Shown here: positions 56,768 through 64,000 of the stretch, piece by piece
Layout: the number at the start of each line of letters is the position of its first letter
How positions within the stretch are numbered: position 1 is the first letter of the stretch
From: Babesia bigemina
Taxonomy: Eukaryota
Reading direction: 5' to 3'
DNA length: 64,000 nt
NCBI RefSeq assembly: GCF_000981445.1
Contig: NC_027217.1
Span: forward strand, 310,001-374,000
Notes under the pieces: model-generated
The model's input: the letters and a program-made list of their open reading frames with translations, nothing else
What the model was told of the DNA's origin: nothing
Database searches by the model: none
Made by a program: the position numbers and the translations under genes

Positions 56768-58427
56768 TTAGAGTATGTCTCCGTCCCCGAGCCCTTCTTC
56801 CTCAACGATCTGCCACGTCATGACTGGCGTGCGCCTACCACCTACCGCTGCAATCTGTTCCTCGTCAATGACGTCACTCGGCGTCGTGTTTTTGGCGATA
56901 TCCGGCTCGTCCGGGTACCGCATCGCCTGCAGGTCATGTATGGCGCATACACATTTCAGGCTGCTGGTGCATTGCACAAGTGAAGCCTCACCTGTATGGC
57001 ATTGGCGTGCAGCTTCAGGCAGAAGTTGATGCGCTTGTGGAACGCCCTCATGGGCTGGTCGCTGGCGTAAATGTTGACGTTTGCCTGCGGGTGCGTTCAG
57101 CATCTCCTGCTCGCGAGCTCACCTTCGACTGCATGTACTTCTCGTCGTGGTGGATGGTGGCATCGATGATGCCGTCGTGTATCGCCTTGGCGATGATGCA
57201 TTCCGTGTCCTCTATGGAGTTGATGCCCAACTTCTGCGCGACCTTTTCGATGGGGATGCGCGAGTACGCGAGGGTGATTTTCCGCAGGCCGCCCTTGATG
57301 ACGTTGTGCCTTAGTCGTGCGATTAGGAAGAGTGTGCCGTCCTTCTCGAACTGCGCCCTGTAGTTGTCGCACACGTTAGAGAACGCCGCAAGGTCGCCGT
57401 TCATGACGGCGATGACCACCTTTTCGTACGCCGCCAGGCTGCCCTTCATCTGCGGGTTCGTGAAGGTGCTCTTGCTGGGCACGTCGCCCATGAGCAGCGC
57501 GACGATGATGGTCATTTTCGTCGCCGCCAGCTTGAACCCGAACGCCGTCTTGTCCGCCTGCGGCGCCTTCCGCAGCGCCTGCATCAGCTTGTTATACGCC
57601 TCCGAGTACTCCAGCTGCACCGCCAGTATCTTCCCGTAGTAGAAGAGGTATCTCGCGTACTGGGCGTTGGAGCTGAGGTTGTCGGGGAACGAGGTCTTGC
57701 TCAGGAGCGTCGCGGCGGCGGAGTAGAGCCGGTGCTGCACGAGGTAGCGCATGACGCAGTTCAGGGTCACCGCCTCCGTCATGGGCTCGTGGTGCAGGCA
57801 CGCCTTCCGGTAGGCGCTCATGAGCAGCGTCCTGGTTTCCGGCAGCCGCCCACCCAGCTCGAACACGCGGGAGTAGTAGAAGTAGACCTTCGCGGCCAGG
57901 CGGTCGATCGACCTCTTGTTGAAGTCCAGCACGTACTTCGCGAAATCCTCGGCAAGACGCATCGCTTCCGCAATCTGCGCCGTGTCCATCAAATATATGA
58001 GCGCCAGCGTGAGCAGCAGTATCTTGGTTTCGTCGAGGTTCGTGTTTTTGGCGAGGTACTCCTCGATGCCCAGCACGGGTGCCACGGTGAGGTGCACCCT
58101 CACGTTGACCTCGCCTTCCTTGGCCGGCGCCATGACCACGTCCTCACTGAGCAGCTCGAGCGCGAGCGACGCGAGGCTGCAGCCGGGCGAGCCGTGGGCG
58201 TACACCGCGATGGCCTGTCTGAGGACGGGCAGCGTGGACGCCGCGTAGTTCTTGAGCAGGCTGCGCAGCGTCTTGAAGTGGCGCATCAGCCTGACCACGT
58301 AGCGCCCGTCGGCCCTGGCGACGGCGGCCTCGAGCAGCGCGGTACTGTGCGCGAGCAGTTCGCGGAACGCATCGCAGGGCAGGCTCGACGCTGCCGCGGC
58401 GGGCGCTTTCTGTTCATCTGCTGCCAT
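56768..58427 (-). CDS. RPN3: 26S proteasome regulatory subunit RPN3/PSMD3
   Basis: AKVYFYYSR, QYARYLFYYGKILAVQLEYSEA, RLRHNVIK, PCI motif IIAKAIHDGII, FHKRINFCL and AMRYP; multi-exon 3' end. Confidence 0.95.
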
Positions 58428-58531
58428 TAGTAAAAGTTTCGTGAAAATATACAATGCATTTGCCGAGTGCGCTGTGGCGTTACTGGCAGGCTATCTGGCC
58501 TGCCGGGTTCCAGGCGACCGCGCACGTGAAC

Positions 58532-60220
58532 ATGGGCTGCGCTACGCGCCCTGGCCGTGCGGCCGAGGAAGACGTCTTTTCGGGCACACATTGGTCCGAG
58601 GTGTTACTGGAGACGCGTGGCAATGGCCTGTTTCTGTTCGAGCCGGAGGTGTGTGTCGGCGCCGCCGCTCGCGTGCCGACCATGGCCTGGGTCCTGGAGC
58701 ACGTTCGGCTCGAGCTGCACCCCGGGAAGCCGTACATGACACTGCCTGCAGGCGCCGCAGCGTCCGACGGCGGCTGCGGCGCCCTGCTCTACTTTTTCGA
58801 GGGCCGAGGTAGGTACACACCGGCATGTCTGGAATGGCCGCAGATGAGGATTCGGCCTTCCTGGCCGTCCACTACCCGAGCATGAAGGATGCGGAGTATG
58901 CATGTATGCGGTTCCGGCGTTGCAGCCTGACGTATGTGCGTTCCCTGGTCGACGGCTGCGGCGACGATGACGTCTCCGCTGGCGACGTCGCCCACACTAT
59001 CGAGTCGCTGCGTCACTCTCGCGAGGAGCTGGCGCAGCAGAAGGACATGTTGCGGCTGGACAACACGCTGCTGTACTCGCAGTACACAAGCAACAAGCAG
59101 GCGTTCTCCGAGAGCTCCGCCATGCAGATGCAGGAGAATGCGGCCCTGCGCTCTCAGCTGGAGCGCTGCATGGACCGCATACAGTCCCTCGAGGGCGACT
59201 CCCAGGCCAGGGACGGCACGATACGCGCGCTGAAGGAGGAGCGTGAGCACCTGATGGATCTCACGATGAGGCTCCAGTCGGAGCTCGAGACCTCCAAGGA
59301 GGCCGTGCAGGCTTCGGCGAACAGCAGCGAGGAGACGTTGAGGCAGGACTTCAAATCCACGTTGGCTGACGTCTATCGCCTCAGGCGCGAAGTCAAGAAC
59401 TTGCGGAAGGACAACGCGCGCATCGCCAACCAGTTCCACAGCTACAAGCGTGAGGTGAACCTGGAGTACGAGCGCGTGGAGGAGTTGATGTACCACAGCA
59501 CCATATACGAGATGCTGATGCACTGGATATTGTGCAACGATCTGAAGGTATGCGGCGCGGCCCGCTGTTCCGCACCAATCCGCCCGCAGGTCGAGTACTA
59601 CGAGACGTGCCACCAGATGCGGCCCGAGGAGCACCAGGCGTTCTGCGAGCGGTACGCATGCCCCTGCCTAAACTTGTCAAACTGACGTTCAGAGTGCACG
59701 CTGCACAGGAGGAATTCCGCGTGTCCGTCACGCTGGCACGTGCGTCGTACATCAACTGTCGCACGCACCTCTTCAACGAGCTGCTGTCGTCCATCAGCGG
59801 CCACAAGCTGGAGCTTCCCCGTTCCAAGCGTCTTCTGAGCCTGGTGAGTGCAGCAAACGGCCCCGAGTGCACGCGTCGCAGGCACTGGAGCGTTTGGACT
59901 GGATCTTCCAGCCGGAGTCGTGCCGCCTGGACGTCCGCGAGCCCATATGGATGAACCAGGAGAAGTTCGACGGGCTTGTGGAGGCCCTGCTCTACAAAAC
60001 GTCCGACCACGCCTGGTACAACAAGCTGTCGTACGTCTCTGCGCTGAAGCCCATATTGACCAACGACGGCGCGTCCGACTCCATGCTGCTGACGCTGAAG
60101 CGGCAGCTGTACGAGTCGCTGAACCAGAACGAGACGCTCAAGCGGCAGGTGGCCTCGATGCAGAAGGCCCTCGGCAGCAAAGAGCACTGGCAGTCAATCT
60201 TGTCCCGCGCCGCGGCGTAG
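58532..60220 (+). CDS. Hypothetical multi-exon coiled-coil protein
   Basis: GC3-rich exons joined by short GT-AG introns (58809-58843, 59548-59589 and others) with a heptad-rich centre. The start is uncertain. Confidence 0.65.
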
Positions 60221-60414
60221 CGCCCTGCGTCATCTGCGCGGCCCCCATCGCAAACACGCTTTGCACGCCAACCGCGTGCATGTCGACCTCAATATACACG
60301 GCCTGGCGGCACGTCCGGCCGCCGGCCAGATGTGATTTTACATTTACAAAAGTTACACGCTGTCATTCGCTAAACGTACAGTGCGGCGGTCTGCGTCGGC
60401 CCCGACGCGACCGC

Positions 60415-61697
60415 TCAAATCCGAGGTTGGAACACGGGGATGACCCTGGCGAACTGCTCCGGCCGCTTCAGCAGTATCATGTCGGCGATCCACGCGATGT
60501 TGCGGATCTCCTGCTGCTTGAGCTTGACCCAGGCGTAGAAGATGCCGAAGTGCAGCTGCTGCTCGAAGCACTCCTCGGAGAGCTGCGCGCTCTCCGCGTA
60601 GAAGTGGTCCTCCAGGGAGCGCTCGCTGGTGTCGAACTTGGTGAGCCTGCTGTCGCCCTGCGGGAGACGGTTAGTTCCCCGAACCGCGCACCTACCCTGT
60701 TGAGCGACATCTTGCACACCTCATACAGCCTTGCGTACTTGGGGTAGCTGGCGAGCGCCTGCTGGAGTGTCGCCTCGTTGTAGGCCTTGCACAGGCGCTC
60801 GGTGCCGTAGGGGTAGAGGTAGCCGATGCTGGTGTAGAGCTTGTTGCGGTCCTGCACGACCGGGCTGCCGTTGCTCAGGTTGACGCAGTTGAGCGTGAGC
60901 GCCAGGTCCCTGAAGTCCGCCTCCGTGCGGAGGATGTGGCCCATGACCTGCGCGGTGGTGCCGCCCAGAGAGGTGACGAAGTAGTAGAAGTCCTCTATCC
61001 ACGCCCGCTTGAGGAAGCTCTTCAGCAGCGCTATTGACGACGGGTCCAACACTGAGTTGCCCTTTCCCATGGACAGGCTAGGCAGGCACTTCTCGAAGTA
61101 CTTCCCTGCGGTGCTATGGACGCCAGGTGGCCTTCGCCCTCACCTATTGGGGTGTCACAAAGTATGATGCGATGCAGGTCCTCTCCAGACTGGCACAGGT
61201 CGGCGTCCATGAGCGTCTCGATGCCCTGGAACCACCCGATGGGGTCAATACGATCCATGAGCTCCTCGGGCGACTTCTTGTTGCTGACCCCCTGCAGCAG
61301 TGCGATGAGGTTGTCGATCATCTTCTCCCTCCTGCGCGCCGTGTTGCTTAAGAACGGGTCGCACTCACGCTACGAACTCCAGGAACGTGGCGAGCTCGCC
61401 GTCCGACTGCTGTCGCAGGTACCTGGGCGGCGATGTGTACGCTCCGCTCCGAACTTACGCGAAGTCGTTCGCCAGCTTCTCGTTGCACTTTTTAGCAATC
61501 ATGGACGAATTCATGGCCCCGTGCTCGTCGTAGAACACCGGGCCGTAATCGGTGGCCTCCAGGATGGTACGCAGGTCGTCGAGGTTCTCCGCCATTTTCA
61601 TCTTTTTGTAGTCCATTGGACTCAAAAAGGTGGAACGGTAGCCTCTGACCACGCCCTCCAGGTAGCCATAGTTAGCGTTAAAAAAGGCGAGCTCCAT
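60415..61697 (-). CDS. VMA6: V-type ATPase V0 subunit d
   Basis: FNANYGYLEGVVRG, LEATDYG, YMIDN, EDFYYF, QQLHFGIFYAWVKLKQQEIRNIAWIA; multi-exon. Confidence 0.96.
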
Positions 61698-61723
61698 CTT
61701 AGTGAGTGTTGTTGCTGCGCGCG

Positions 61724-63977
61724 TCAGCGGTCGAGGTGAGTGGGCGAGTGCCGGAAGAGGTTTCGGAACCACCCGCGCCTTTCCCAGTTCATACACAATT
61801 TTTGCTCGATTATCTTTGCCGTCACCGCCTGGGCGATGTCCCGCCGCGTCGCGGACTCGCGGATGAGCGTGGACGGCACCTCGACCTGCGAGAAGCCATG
61901 GATGGCCTGGGTGAGCGCGGCGACCTGGCGGCTGTTGAGATCCCACAGCGGCCGATGAATGTCGAGGTCGTCCAGGCAGGAGTCGATGTGCCTTTCCACC
62001 GCAAGGCGGATGTTCCGTTCCCACGTGCCGGCGACGAATCCAGACTTGAAGTAGCAGAGCACGTACACCAGCAGCATGGTGCTCACCCCCACGAAGTAGT
62101 TGCCGATTGCGAGCGAGGCGCACATCAGTATGATGAGTTGCGTCACCCGGGGGTGCCGCCACGAGAACATGTTGAGGAACTTCTCGTACCTCATGGCGAA
62201 CAGGTTGAGGTAGTAGTTGCCCAGGACGATCTGGTCCCGGGCCTTCCTCAGCATGCCTAGCATCGTGATCTTGTGTTCGGTTTCCATCTCCTCGTCGCTC
62301 TCCAGCTCGTCGTAGTCGGACAGCTCCTTGGGCTCGTCCGCCTCCAGCTCGGGGTCGCACGAAAATTCGGGCTGCCGCTTCCTGATCTTGTTCACGTAGA
62401 TGCTTTTGAAGTACGAGTACAGCCTGCCACGCCGGTTGTGCTGTTCTTGCGGGGTGGTTGCCGGCTCGGCCCTGGCGCTGTCAAAGTCCTGCGAATCCTT
62501 GCTCTCCACGCGGATGGCGCTCAGGTCGATCTCCCCCCCGTCGGTCTCCAACGAAAACTGGTAAACCATTCCCTCGCTGGTGTTAGACTCGGACGACGTC
62601 TCCTCGGCGTCCGACTCCTCGCTTTCCTGCACGGCGGCGCTGATCATCCGGGTCGGCGTGTCGTCCGGCGCCTGCACCTCGTCCTCGGACAGCATCGAGA
62701 AGATTTCGAAGTCGTCGTCCTCCGGGTCGTGCTCCGCTTGGACTAGCTGGCACTGCCTGGTATGCAGGAATATCACGTTAGACCGCGCGATTTGCCGGTA
62801 TTTGGAGAAGGGCTGCAGCCTGCACTGGTGCCCCTTCGCCGCGTTGTAAATCCGCAGCTTGGTGTTACCCATGAAGCACCCCTTCCTGGGCCTTCGTATA
62901 TGGAACGCGTACTTGCCCGCATGCGTCGTGAGCACGCACCCAAAGGGCATCCCGCCGCCAGGGGCTGCGTGCGCGGCGGGGCGTATTTTGCCTTCAAGGA
63001 CGGTGTCGTCATCCTGCCACGTGATCCGGTGCTGCCGCGAAAACGAGCACGAGATGAATATCCACGCAACAGTGAAAAACACCTTAAACATATCCAGCAC
63101 CACGCACGGCAGCAGCGTGAGCGCGAACGTAAAAATGTTCTGTAACCAGCTGCGTCGGGGTGGGGTGGGTTCGGTCTCCTCCTCCTCACAATCCGTCAGC
63201 CACTCCTCCACGCTTTCAGCCTGCACGTTGACCTCAGGTCTGTCGAACGCCACTGGGAGGGGTTCCGCAAAGGATATTGCCGCTGCTTCCCGGGGCGACA
63301 CCGTGTGTTCTGCGAACGGTATTATTTCCCTGTCACTGTCCAGGTCCGCCGTGTCCTCTACGTTGTTGTCCCGCTTTGTGCGCTTCTTCAGTTTTAAAAA
63401 GTTGAAGCGGCATTTGGACTCGCCGTACTGCTGCGGTTTCGACCTGCTGCCATGGCTTGGTGACGCATCGGAGATGTTCTGCGGCGACCGCTTGAAGTGG
63501 TATATGCCCCTCTTAAGGGCAACCAGTGCCCTGAACCTGCCGCCACGCGAACCGGAACTGTGCCGTTTGTTTCGACTCGCGTCGTGCTCGTTTTGGGGCG
63601 GCGCCGTACTTTCCGCACCGCCGCACCGGTTCGTGCCTGTGGCCGTGCTGGTGTAGCCCCGATTAGTTGGTGAGTGGTCGACACTGGTTGCGCCGCTTTC
63701 GGAAGGGTTCTTGACATGGTACTGGTCGATTTCGAGCGCCTTGGTGCCCTTTTTGTACACCAATACTCGCGGCTTACTGTGCGCACGATCCTTGATGTGA
63801 ATTAGGTCGTGCGGCTGGATGTCCCTCTCGTCGGCTTTGGTGCTGCTCCCGCGGGACATCTCCGGAGCTACAGCGTAGCGTTTCATCGGACTCAGGGTCA
63901 ACACGCGCGCCATGCTTCCCTGCGCCCCGCGATTCACGTTGCCCGCAGATCGACCGGTGACGACCCACTTGCGCCGC
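61724..63977 (-). CDS. Membrane protein with an MCTP/PRT_C-like C-terminal hairpin region; probably 5'-partial
   Basis: The long ORF is open back to a CAG acceptor at 63978-63980 (RRKWVV...). C-terminal RYEKFLNMFSWRHPRVTQLIILMCASLAI plus TM segments. Confidence 0.65.
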
Positions 63978-64000
63978 CTGACGAACGCAAACGCGTGAGT

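Noticed and set aside
61455..62360. 301-aa ORF as an N-terminally extended V-ATPase d
   Set aside because: Conserved subunit d begins at MELAFFN (61697); the upstream part is an alternative frame of the neighbouring CDS.

Overview
Eukaryotic genomic DNA from an apicomplexan piroplasm, most likely Babesia sensu stricto of the caballi/bigemina/ovata type. This is inferred from the ves/VESA-like multigene family, an alveolin gene and many 32-42 nt GT-AG introns. Two less GC-rich variant-gene islands (about 1-14.5 kb and 47-53.5 kb) surround a compact, intron-containing housekeeping block. That block holds PanK, tRNA-Val, an XRCC3-like gene, TBC-TLDc, alveolin, BCKDH-E2, GCP2, Ank-DHHC, lipin, RPB6, VAP, a Rad21/Rec8 kleisin, NOL9, TPI and CWC2. 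A second housekeeping block (RPN3, V-ATPase d and others) follows. The most striking structure is two interleaved inverted-repeat pairs, A(+) B(-) ... A'(-) B'(+), built from four short ves-like paralogs and their near-identical non-coding flanks. They bracket about 33 kb of core genes and could act as an inversion or gene-conversion substrate. Other signals are a shared upstream motif in all four paralogs, a fossil C-terminal tail in a 3'UTR, a tandem repeat made of intron-exon-like cassettes, and several stop-free 3n introns. All gene models and identities were read by eye, and the exon boundaries need transcript confirmation.
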